From positions 1 to 48,811 of the forward strand of contig LWCA01000135.1 of assembly GCA_001642005.1 (NCBI GenBank): a stretch of 48,811 bases of DNA. Direction: 5' to 3'. Shown here one piece after another: positions 36,901-47,706 of the stretch. This DNA comes from Intoshia linei (taxonomy: Eukaryota; Animalia; Orthonectida). The notes beneath the pieces are model-generated. The model was given only the letters and a program-made list of their open reading frames with translations, was not told where the DNA came from and did no database searches. How positions within the stretch are numbered: the first letter of the stretch is position 1; the number at the start of each line of letters is the position of its first letter. The translations under genes were made by a program, and so were the position numbers.

Positions 36901-39900
36901 TCAATGAAAAATAGATAATATATTTACTGGATATTGCATTAGAACTTACAAAGCTTTTAGTAGATATAATATTAGACACGTTTTCATTTTTATAAAGGTC
37001 TGAAGTAAATACAGACAGAGTCGTGGAGAGGGTTATATCTCCCGTGTCTACAATCATGAGGGCCTACTTTTTTAATTTATTAATAAGTATTGATGAAAAA
37101 TTTCTTAAGTAAATCATAATTTCGATAATCAATGCGATTTCCAATGGTTATTATTAATTTTTAGATAATGAACAGATAATGACACCCGCGGTTAAGAACC
37201 ACTGGTTTAAGATATTAACCGTGTTAATCGGATTTGATTGTAATATGATGGCGGAGAAATTGATAATTATACTTGAAATATGCAGTGTTTTTCGTTACAT
37301 ACAAAACTAAGCCACGTTTCCCCGATCGATATAATGAAATATCGAAAAAATTAATAAATTATCGATATTTTATATTTTAAGAATTTAATTTTAACAAAAA
37401 ACTTTTTCATATAATACCTACATGTACAAGTTGTACAATAACCTTAGATCAAGAGTCACCAATTTTTTTCTCAGTGGACCCCAATTTGCAATATACACAC
37501 ATCAATGACCACTAAAAATATTAATTGGTATATCAATTAAATATCAATATATTGTACCTTGATAAAACTTGAAAAAAATAAAAATAAATTTGTTCGTACT
37601 ACAATAATTTATTATCAAAGGGTGATAAAAAAATTGATCAATACCATATTTGGAATAAATATTAAAAAATTACGTTATAACGAACAAGTACTCCTTCATT
37701 GATATTTATCTTGTAAGTAACGTTCAAGATAACTGAATGTGCACTTGATTTTGCAAAATTAACAAATTTTACAATATTTTGAGAAATTTCTAAAAAAAAT
37801 TTAAATAAATATTAAAACCATAATTTTTTACGTTTATCATTTCTGAAAACCAATTTATCGTTAATTTTATCGTTGGATTTTCCATTTTTATTTTGAGCAA
37901 TAATTGAAATTTTAAATAATTTACATTTTTCGGGAAATACGGATATGTCAATAGATAATTTGTTGGTTGTATAATTTGATATTACCAAAGACATTTGATT
38001 TTTAGCCATTTTTATATTCAATCCACAATGATTATTTAAATTCATGTATTTGTAGTTTATAACATACGTAAATCCCATTCCAGATACATCCAAAATATCA
38101 TAATCCTAAAATATTATTATAATTATAATTATAGGGGTTTAAATTAAAATTTAATCAAATATTATAAAACACTGCGATATGGGTCATTATTTATGGCTTA
38201 CCACATGGTTCTTATGATATGAAACAAGAAAATACGGATAAGGGCAATTTATGGAAATGTAAATATTAATTTTTTTTTTAATTTTGTATGTAAATATAAG
38301 AAATCAAGCCAGTTCAATTTATCGTAATAAATAATATTTTTATATATAATTTAAAATTCCGTTATATTGTCATTACGTTTATATTATTTCTTGAAATCAT
38401 TATTTCTATTGACAATCTTATTTTTCCGCGAAAAAAATTAAAATAGGTATAATTTTTTCTCTATTTACCTTCATTGATAGTCTTCTCACAAAAACTCGAA
38501 TCTCGTCGTGTTACCAATTAAGAATGCATATTATATAAATAAAAAAGAAAATACCTTCCAATGAATGGTTATATACTTTTCATTTATACTTGTGGAATTG
38601 TATGTACAAAACAAATTTGGATTTACTCTAGGTGTAGATTCTGGTGTTGTACATGAAGTACTAAAAGGTGATAATTTTGACAGCCCGTATTCATTTCTCA
38701 TAGCATAACCAAATGAGTAATTGGTCCAAGAAGCCAAATTTAGAGAAATATTGAATTTACTTTTATAATCACAATTTTCTTGCAAATTAAATGTATAAAT
38801 CGACGTATTTTTGCAAATTCCATCTAATGGAACTTTTGCCAGTGTGGTAGGTTCCAACAGCCTCCTTTCAATAAAAGAAGTTTTGTAAAAAATTTCCAAT
38901 TTCGTGATGGGCTCAAAACTTTGCGGTGAATAAAGAAGACTAGAATTTAATAAATAATACTGCAATACAACCTGACTAGAGCAATGTGAAATAATAGGTT
39001 TTGATGGAGATGACGGTACATCACGAATAATTATTTCAAATGGGACAAAATCTGTATCCACCATATTGGTAGCAAAACAGCTATAATTGCCCGTCATTGT
39101 ATGATATAAATTTTTATATCTAAGTTCAATTAAATCACCCTTTTTGGAAGAAATTATTTTTCCCTCTTTCAAAATTTGCGTATACAAATTTCTTATTTCC
39201 TTGGGATCCGATGCTGACCTGCAGCGAATATTTAATTCATTGTCAATTGATCTAGGTTTTCTATTGAAAAGACTTGTCGCAATTTTGATTATTTTACTTT
39301 GAGGGTATTCTAAAATTCTTGTATTTTTTAAAACAATGACTTTAATTGTTTGTTCCAACGTTCCTTTTACATTTTTGGCTATAATTGTATAATAGCCGGC
39401 ATCAGAAAAATGTACATCTTTTATTATTAATTTAGCATTTCCAAATGAAGTATTTTCATGATAATTATAAAGATTTGCATTTAATTGGTCGTTTAGTTTA
39501 CAAGATTTTATATTAGGTAATATCCAGCAATAAAAAGCCAAAGGCGCCGACTTTATACTTGCTTTAATATGTAAATCATATCCTAGAGCAATTTTTATAA
39601 TTTTATCGGGTTTTTCGATAAAATAGGGTGCAAAACTGCGAATATTTACCAACACATTTTCATAAGAATACCCATGTGAATTTGAACAATTGAATTGATA
39701 AGCACCGCGGTTGATGTATGTTAAATTTGTAAGATAAAGTGTTGTTTGGTTTATATTTTGAGTAAAATAAATGTTAGTATCCTCGGTTTTATTGGGTGAG
39801 CATTCCCTAAAGGAAATTGGTTTATAGAAATTGAAATACCATTTGCATACAGGAAGAGGTTTAGAATCAAAATAAATAATTACATTTTCATTATTTTCTA

Positions 39901-42900
39901 CACCAAAATGGTATTGCTTTGACATTTTTTCGATTATAGGTGGATACTCCAAGGTAACTTTAATGGTTTGGGAGGCCACTCCGTATTTATTTTTTCCTAT
40001 GCACTTGTAGTCCCCCGAAATATCTATTTTTTCGGTTTGAACCAATAATTGTTGAGATTTATGAGAAAATTTCACAATTGATTCATCATCAAATGGTAGA
40101 ATCCATTGAATTTCGGGGAAAGGTTGACCATAAAAATAACACTCCAATATAGCTGGAATCGGTTTAATCACTACCAAATCATTTCGACTCCACCAAGAAA
40201 GTCCTGGTAATAATACAAAGCCAATACTAGTGCTTTCTTTTGGAGTTGTAACATTTTTTGTGTTATTGTTTGGGTTTTCATCCAAAACATTTGGTTGATT
40301 CCCTTTTTTTAAAACCAAAATATTATCATTTCCCATCACGAAACTTCGTAAAATTAAATTTTTGACAATACATGTATAAGTAGCTGATCCAATATAATCT
40401 TGATTAACAATTTTTTCATTTATACCAATTTTTACATCTAATTTACTTACAGCTGAAATGTGTAAATTTCCTTCATAATCTATAGATTTTCTATCGTCCA
40501 GTATTACAGGTTTTAAAAAACCAGTTTCATCGATAGTAGACCAATAAATTGGTCCATTAGGATAATTTAAAGGTGCCTCGCATTTAAAATATACTGGATG
40601 GTTTTCATAAATATTTATATATATTTTAGATTTCAATTTAAATGTATTCAGAAATGCTTTTCTAGTTATAAATTTATAGGAAGCGATAGTATAAATACTA
40701 TAATCATCAATTTTCAAATTAATTAAACACATGTAAGCTCCATTCGTAGGGTTTTTTATATTTAGTGTACCTTTGTCTACATTGTATTGAAAATTATTAT
40801 ATATTTTTTCGTTTTCAAGTTTATCTACTTTCACCCATTGTATCGTTGCTTTTTCGTTTAAAAATTCACAAATTTCGCAGTTTAATTTTATTTCACTTTT
40901 TTCTCTATACACTACGATTTGTTCTGTTGGTCTCGCAAATAATTCTTCTAAATATAATCAATCAAATTTTTCAATTATTTTTATATTGACAAAATATTAA
41001 ACAAACTCACACTTTTATCAATGTTTAAAAAATTTTATTAAAATTAATAAAATACTAATTTATTTAATTCACTAATGAAATTACCCGAGCAAACAGCATT
41101 TTCAATTTGAATTAAAAAATATCCCCAAAAGCATAGTTTTTTAATTTTTTTTTTAAATTGGATTAAAAAATTACAAAAGTTCGTTTTTAAAATTCGGTTA
41201 AATACCTAATAAAATTTACTTTTCAAGATATCAAAAGTCTTTTTTTAAATTGGTTTAAAAATTATTATAAACTAATATTTTTAAATGAGATTAAAATAAT
41301 TTAAAATCTCCTTTTAAAAACAGGCCCAAAATAGCTTCAAAAATGATCATAAAACCAATTTTTTGAATTCACTAAAGAAATTATCCTACTTTTTTATTTT
41401 TTTTTAAAATTGGTTACAAAAACCCAAAAACTCTTTTATTAAATTTTATTATAAAAAAATTACCATAAACAAACGGTTCTTAATGTGATTAAAAAATAAT
41501 TTAAAATCTCCTTTTAAAAATAGATTTCAAAATTACTTCAAAAAAGGACTATAAAACTAATTTTTGAATTCATTTAAGAAAATTATCCTACTTTTTTATT
41601 TATTTTAATAATTTTTTTTTAAATTGGATTAAAAAATTATAAAAGTCCTTTTTTAAAATGCAGTTAAAACCCCCAATAAAATAATAATAATAATAAAATC
41701 TACTTTTTTGATTTTTTTAAATAATTTTAATTTTAAATTTTTTTTTTAAATATAGGCCCAAAATTAACTCAAAAAATGACCATAAATCCAATTTTTTTAT
41801 TTCATTATAGAAATTACCCGACCAAACTTATTTTAAAATCAAATTAAAAAATATCCACTAAAAACCATAGTTTCTTAAATTGGATTAAAAAAATTACAAA
41901 AGTCTGTTTTTAAAATTCGATTAAAGACACGATAAAATCTACGTTTAAATTATACCAAAAAGTCCTTATATAAAATTGGTTAAAAAGGATTATAACGTGG
42001 TATGACTGTATAACTCGGTCCGTATTAAATTATAAATATTTAAATTTTTAAACTATATTAGATAAATTAAAAATCACAAATCTGATTTTAATTCAATTCA
42101 AATTATACATATATATGCGAACCGATAATTCAAATAATATCACTTGAAATTATGAATATTAAATCAATTTAAATAATGATTATTTTATCAAAGTTGTAAT
42201 TAGAAAAACATTGAAACTTAAAAAATAGTATAAATGCTATTGATTTTACATTAAATCGGACATGTATTGATTGGACCTATTATTCATATATGCAATTATA
42301 TCAAACTAATAAATGCATATTATTAAAATTTAAATATGGAATGTTAAATGGTATCAATAATTTAACAAATATATAAAAGTTTTAATGAAAAAGAATAAAA
42401 TTAACTGAAATATTAAAAATATAAAAATGTATAATATACATGTTATATTATGTAGTTATACATGTCACTGTCCGTTTGAAGTTGCATTCAATGCTAAGAA
42501 TTGTGTTTATAGTCAAAATAATTAGAAAGAATTAACTACAGTAAAGTTTTATTGGGCTTTGATTAAAATTGATTATTTTGTTAGAGTTTGGTAAAAGTAG
42601 GTTTTTGTTATACGTTATTATCTATTATATTTATTTTTTGAAGGTTTAGTCAAAATGTATTTTTCCATTAGGGTTTGATTAAAATTGATTTTTGTCTCGA
42701 TGTATATTAGAATGGACTGTTTAAATTTTAAACTGAAACTCAAAACAGACGCTGACATACATATGGATGTATCCATTTATTAAATTAAATTATTATAAAA
42801 AAATTTTTATTTCTAAAAATAAATAAAATAACATAAAAATAACTCCAATACTTGTAAATTTGTAACACATGTTAAATTTGAAATTGATTCATCAATACCC

Positions 42901-43064
42901 AGATAACAAGATTTTAAATAAAATAAAAATTGACAATATAATGTGATTAAATTACCGCAATTTGATGAGTTTAGAAATTTTTCTAGAGGCAATACACTAG
43001 AGAATTGAGAATTCAAAATGTGCAATAAATTAATTAAAAACAATATGAAGCCCGTCCAGAGCAT
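30921..43064 (-). CDS. Nrg: L1CAM-family cell adhesion molecule (neuroglian-like): signal peptide, ~6 Ig, ~5 FN3, TM, cytoplasmic Bravo/FIGQY-type tail; ~1353 aa, 11 exons
   Basis: Exons on minus strand: 43064-42956 (MLWTGFILFLINLLHIL signal peptide), 40947-38555, 38105-37832, 37789-37674, 35353-35113, 35075-34953, 34911-34621, 34582-34418, 33978-33859 (TM YIIVFIIIIIIVLILMIIYFLI), 31783-31714, 31080-30921 (TGA); 4062 nt, phases consistent. L1-family motifs: DDRKSIDYEGNLHISAV (Ig2), LECYFYGQPFPEIQW (Ig3), WTNYSFGYAMRNEYGLSKLS and CTTPESTPRVNP (FN3-1), juxtamembrane KKSGHYNVKKKE, and KFNEDGSFIGVYG. Confidence 0.88.
31300..31450 (+). mobile_element. Helitron family short fragment
   Basis: aaaaatcaaacgactcccagaatttaaaaaaatatactc...ggccaaagcccaaaattaccc is the reverse complement of 33520-33645. 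Confidence 0.6.
31813..33710 (-). mobile_element. Long Helitron family copy with nested pogo-like insertion
   Basis: Starts a|ctaggttaactgtta...cctagctctacagaggg (hairpin partly deleted); colinear with the 8492, 17955 and 44886 copies. Confidence 0.8.
32269..32830 (+). mobile_element. pogo/Tigger-like deleted DNA transposon retaining a CENP-B/psq-type HTH fragment
   Basis: TA|CAATGCGCCTGTCGATAGAAAACA ... TGTTCCCTATCTACAGTTCACATTG|TA. Positions 32568-32699 translate to TSRKRLTFKEKKEILEFIDTHRYCSQRDLAKCFKISVGTINRIL. The empty site with a single TA is at 45946-45947 in a sister Helitron. Confidence 0.85.
35435..37204 (+). mobile_element. hAT Buster/Charlie-type transposon relic (ZBED5/SCAND3-like transposase pseudogene) in a neuroglian intron
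   Basis: TSD GTTTAAGG / GTTTAAGA (central TA) and TIRs CATGGGTTTTTAA / TTAAGAACCACTG. 36009-36344 encodes ETLIK...KRIKNLAEVIELQV...FSLQLDESTDV.FARYV...IKKEYLF. About 36530-36742 encodes a stop-interrupted hATC dimerisation region, YPLVTEIALKVIITFVTT*FCQAGFSIL...KRNKLDV...MRVSLS...SH*. Confidence 0.85.
41065..41995. repeat. Complex higher-order AT-rich tandem repeat in neuroglian intron 1
   Basis: ~30-bp subunits (aaattggattaaaaaattacaaaagtcctttttt-like) are arranged in larger blocks: 41289-41400 resembles 41487-41600, and 41068-41260 resembles 41801-41990. Confidence 0.7.
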
Positions 43065-44025
43065 TACATTTGAATAGAATTGAATTTAAAATAAGGTTTT
43101 AAAATTGTCAATTAAACAATGTGAGATAATACGCTTGAGACTCAACGATGTCTGATGCGCGGTCTTCGAGATTTATTGATTATTTGTAATAATTGAATTA
43201 GTCTTGTAATGCAAGATTTACATGAGAGATTGTGGCAATATTTGAAACCGAAAAATGTGCATTTCTGTAGATTTTGATTAAAACAGATTCATGCAAACGA
43301 CTAAATTTAAATTTTATTTAAATTATATCGAGTATTGTTCCAAATAATGACATAATAATGAATACATTAGAAATTAATTAGTAGAAATAAACAATACATG
43401 AAGAAACGTATAATATTCAGCTTTAGAATTGAAACAATAAATAAATAGACTAGTGACGATAAAATTGACTTTTGCACAAAAATTTCGTATCTAGACGTAA
43501 TCTACGTTGGTTGATAATCAAATATAGACTACAGTTTGGACCACCATATTAAATATATGCATAATATACACTGCATATCCATCATAATAAGGGTATAAGT
43601 AACGTTCAATGTATAGTATTACATAAATAGTTACAATAAATTTCAAATTAATAGAACCTACTTTTGACTCAATTGCTCCGGAAATATTAGTTATAGGATG
43701 ACGATGTGCCCTAATGTCTTCGTAGAAATTGTTTAGTAAATCAATAATGAAAGTTATTGCTAGGATTTACATTTTATCAAAAACACTTTTTTAAAACAAC
43801 ATACTTGGATAACCTATTCTGCGATAGGGAAATAGTTGACTAGTTTCAAATAATCAATGTTGTCTAATTACATATTATCGAATTTAACAACACATTCATT
43901 GGGTACTTGAAAAGATATTCTAAATCTCACTTTGAATCCTAGTATTTGAATATTCATTGATTTACTATAAACCAAATTCTATATACGAATTTGTGATAAA
44001 ATTAAGATTAAATGTTTGTAAATTT

Positions 44026-47000
44026 TTATTCAGTTATTAACGGTTCTTTAAATTCTATTGGAATATCAAAGTTACACAATGATGTTTCGTTCTTTAACAC
44101 TGAAACCTAAATTTACTTTTCCAAAATTTCCGACATTATTTTATTACCTTAGCAGAATAATTTCCAGATTTAGGTTCTACTAGTTTCAATTTTATTCCGA
44201 ACGTATAATGTTCATTTTTCAGTAAATACGGTATCTAAATTTTAATTTTCAACATTTACATTATAATTAACAATAGATAGTCAATAACAGTCACGAATTA
44301 TCTCGTTATTGTTAATTTTAATTAAAAATTATAAATAATCTTGATTCAATTCATATCGATCAACATGTAATTTATTAGTTTAACTATATCATAATGGAGA
44401 ATATGAATAATGCACAAATAATACATTTGTGTGTAAATAATAAAATAAATATTCAAGAATAATATGATTTGATAAATTTAAATGGTGGTAAATGCATAAT
44501 AATAAAATACACTGATAATTCCAAATTATGATCCAAATTTATAATAATTGGGACTAATTTAATACGTTATTATATAGAATATAAATTATTGAGCCTTTAT
44601 AAACTTTATATATAATTATAATTTTATTATATATAATCATTTTTGCATTATTACACTGTGTCAGTATTTATATTCATGTATCAACTAATTAATTAATCGA
44701 TTCAACGATTAAAATGCATATTCAGTTTTAGTAATAGAAAACAATTAGACGTCAAAAATAAAACAAAACTAACAAAAATGTTTTAATAAATTCTGTATAA
44801 TTGTGCCATTCAATGATTGATTATGTAAATAAATTTCATTTTCAAATGCCCTGATTAAATTCATGTTGACTTGATTTGTGTATTATCCTTACTTATATAA
44901 TATGCTTTGTTTGTCTGTGTGTGTTACCGTTTATTTCAATAACTACCAGTCTGAGAATTTTATAAAGTGCACTTTTCAATTACAGTTTTTCAGGGATGTT
45001 AGCAAAATACATTTCAACCTCCCAAACTCACATCTTACGGGTCCAAAAGACCAATTATCCTTTTTTTGAAAGCCAAAACCCCAATTTACCCTTTTTTTTA
45101 ATAAAAACAGCCCTAGAATTTAAAAAAAATACAGGTGGTACGGATGTATCCTGTTAACACACACAAAAAATTTTAATCTCAATAAGTGACGCCTTCACGG
45201 TAAAAAAAGTAGTTTAGTATTTATATTTTATTTCCAAAATATTTTATTAAAACAAAAAATATGAAATAATTAAAAATTAAATTAGTCCGAAAATTAAAAA
45301 AAAAATTATTCTGATAGAGCTTATTCCAGTTAATATAAATACAAAATTTCCACCCCATAAATTTACGCATTCCCGGTGAAAAATAATTTTTAATATATTA
45401 TCAACCAATATTTTTCAAATATTTCGAATATAAATATTTTAAATAAAAATTAAAAATGTAAATATTGATCCTACAATTTCAAAAAAAATGTGCATTGAAC
45501 GTCTATACATTTTCAATAAAGAAATATGGGTGAAAATCTATATAATTCATTCCTTCGCAATTTTTGTCGTTGCTAAGCAATTTTTCAATCTCAAATTCTT
45601 ATTTTCAAAACATAATGTTTAAAATTTAAATTAAAACTACAACAATGCATTACTAAATCTAATACAACTTTGTTATTGTAGCGTTGCTATATCTCTTATG
45701 TACATATCTGACTTTATTTATACTCTTATTTACACAAATTAGACAACCGCACTTTTACAAATAGATTCTGTGAACAACTTAAATTTATAATTTTTGTATA
45801 CCAATAAATTAATTATTATATCTCATTACAGTTATTATCATTTTTATATTTATTACAATTTTTTGCAATATTGGTAAAATTCACATGAAATATGTTTATA
45901 AAATGTTGATTCCGTTAATTAATGATACATAAATGGTATTTTAAGTATTTATTAAATGGGTACTGAATATATATTATAACATTGAAAATGACAAAATAGG
46001 TTTTTATAATTTTACTTTTTCTGGAATTTATGCTATTTATGATAATTTCTAAGATTGGACTGTTTTTACTTTATTTTTAATATTATACACATATTCTGTC
46101 TAATTAAAAAAATAGGATAACAATTGTTTTTAAAATTATTTACGCAAATGTTAACAAAACAAAGTTTCTGTATTGATTATTAGTTATTGTACTCGTCTAA
46201 AACCGGAAATTCGTACATTTCCGATTTTTTACAGAAACAAGAGTAAAGGTAAAGATTGAGAAATATTAATTTATACAATTTGTAGTACAATATTAATTAT
46301 ATCAATTTTTGCTGTTTTCTAGTGTTTCCAAAAACCCGAAGACTGCAAAACTGGTTCAAGACCGGTTAAACAAATGAAAATTAATATATTATTATCTACA
46401 ATTTTTGACTCAGGTCAGTCTTCTTTAGGAATAGAGTCCACATTAGCATTAATAAAGCTTACCATAAATTCAATGTTTATTTTTTTCGTGTAAAACGGGA
46501 AAATGGAATTTTTTAATTCATTTGGATCATTAAATATTATAAACCAGATATTAATGTTATGTTTCGTCTCTGCATATAAAGTTTTTTTATTGAATTTAGT
46601 AATTATTTAGCCACATAAAATTCTCTTTCCTTTAACATTAAAATCACGATTTTACCGATAATAAAAATATAATAAACCGGTTATGACAAGACAAACCCGG
46701 TTTTTACTCATTTCAGAAAAAAACCAGTATTGAACACTACTGTTTTCCTAATATTAAATTTACCGAAATTTAACAATATAGATCAAATGTGAAGGATCAA
46801 GACAATAAACTGATAAATTATAACATATATCTAATTAAGAATTTATATTAATATACAGTGCAATGTTTTAAGGTTACTTACCCAGTCATGTCCAATTCTA
46901 ATCTTTGTAGATTGCATCATTACACAAAAGCTCAATAAATTATAGTACATTATACATTATTATTCTAAAAAATGCATAATTATAGCAGTATAATTTGGTT

Positions 47001-47615
47001 GACTTGTTTTAAAAAATTTATTTATACTCATCTTATTGAAATTAATTAAATATAATATAGATTGTTTGATATATAATAAATGCAAATCATAGTTTTATGT
47101 CACTAAACCAGTGATTCCTAACGTTTTTCACCACAGCGCACCGCCGCGTCATAAAAATACTCCACCGCCCCATATTTTTTTGTTATACACTTATTAGTGA
47201 TTTTTGATTTCAATAAAGTCACTATATTATTATTAATATTGATATTATACTATACACCCCTTCACGCCCTGTTTTCCAGATTAACATACAATTTAATACA
47301 TTTAAACCTTAATGACTGGATTGAAAATTTCAATGTACTGGTATTCATCTTCTGAGTTTTGGGGTCCAGTGGTAGTACAAATGTATAATTGTGGCCAATC
47401 AATATTTTGATATTGAAAAGAATTTAGAACAATATTAATTTGGTAAATAGGACCAGTTCCAATCAAATTTGCTGATATAGTGGCATCCAGTTCCAACATT
47501 TTATTTTCTTGATTCATTTGTTTAACATCGGAATTACTTTCTATATATTCGCTCAATCTTTTGGCAATCTTTAATTTAAGGGTAGCCAATGATGCAATCA
47601 TATTTTTGAATATTT
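44026..47615 (-). CDS. BBS1: Bardet-Biedl syndrome 1 (BBSome subunit)-like, last three exons; 5' part lies outside the window
   Basis: Exons 47615-47308, 44234-44148, 44106-44026 (TAA), phases consistent. The translation IFKNMIASLATLKLKIAKRLSEYIES...ISANLIGTGPIYQINIVL...IK|IPYLLKNEHYTF...AK|VSVLKNE follows the BBS1 C-terminal pattern as I recall it (F..DL..LRL.AAR...VQGLGPTFKL...KVPLLVPGLNY...KVLVLRE). Strongly divergent. Confidence 0.7.
44886..46165 (+). mobile_element. Helitron family copy with 5' TC terminus, 3'-truncated, with nested solo LTR
   Basis: a|TCcttacttatataatatgctttgtttgtctgtgtgtgttaccg...; reverse complement of the 14843-15713 and 31813-33710 copies. Confidence 0.82.
45677..45830 (+). 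mobile_element. Putative solo LTR, 154 bp
   Basis: GTTAT|TGTAGCG...CATTACA|GTTAT: TGTA...TACA termini, a perfect 5-bp TSD and AATAAA about 25 nt from the 3' end. It is absent from the sister copies near 14860 and 32945. Confidence 0.8.
46320..46739. mobile_element. hAT (Ac-like) MITE, 420 bp
   Basis: Perfect 8-bp TSD CTGTTTTC (46312-46319, 46740-46747), TIR TAGTGTT / AACACTA, and subterminal AACCGG-like motifs. Confidence 0.82.
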
Positions 47616-47706
47616 CTAAAAAAAATAAATTACATTTGTACTCTAATAATTATTAATTATAATTCATAATTTAATAGCGATACAGCATAAAAACTTGTAT
47701 ATCAAA

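Noticed and set aside
42813-42955. Continuation of the 83-aa ORF as coding sequence
   Set aside because: The phase-1 donor at 42955 joins directly to the Ig1 exon; I found no AG acceptor or matching phase for a further exon. Not fully excluded without RNA data.
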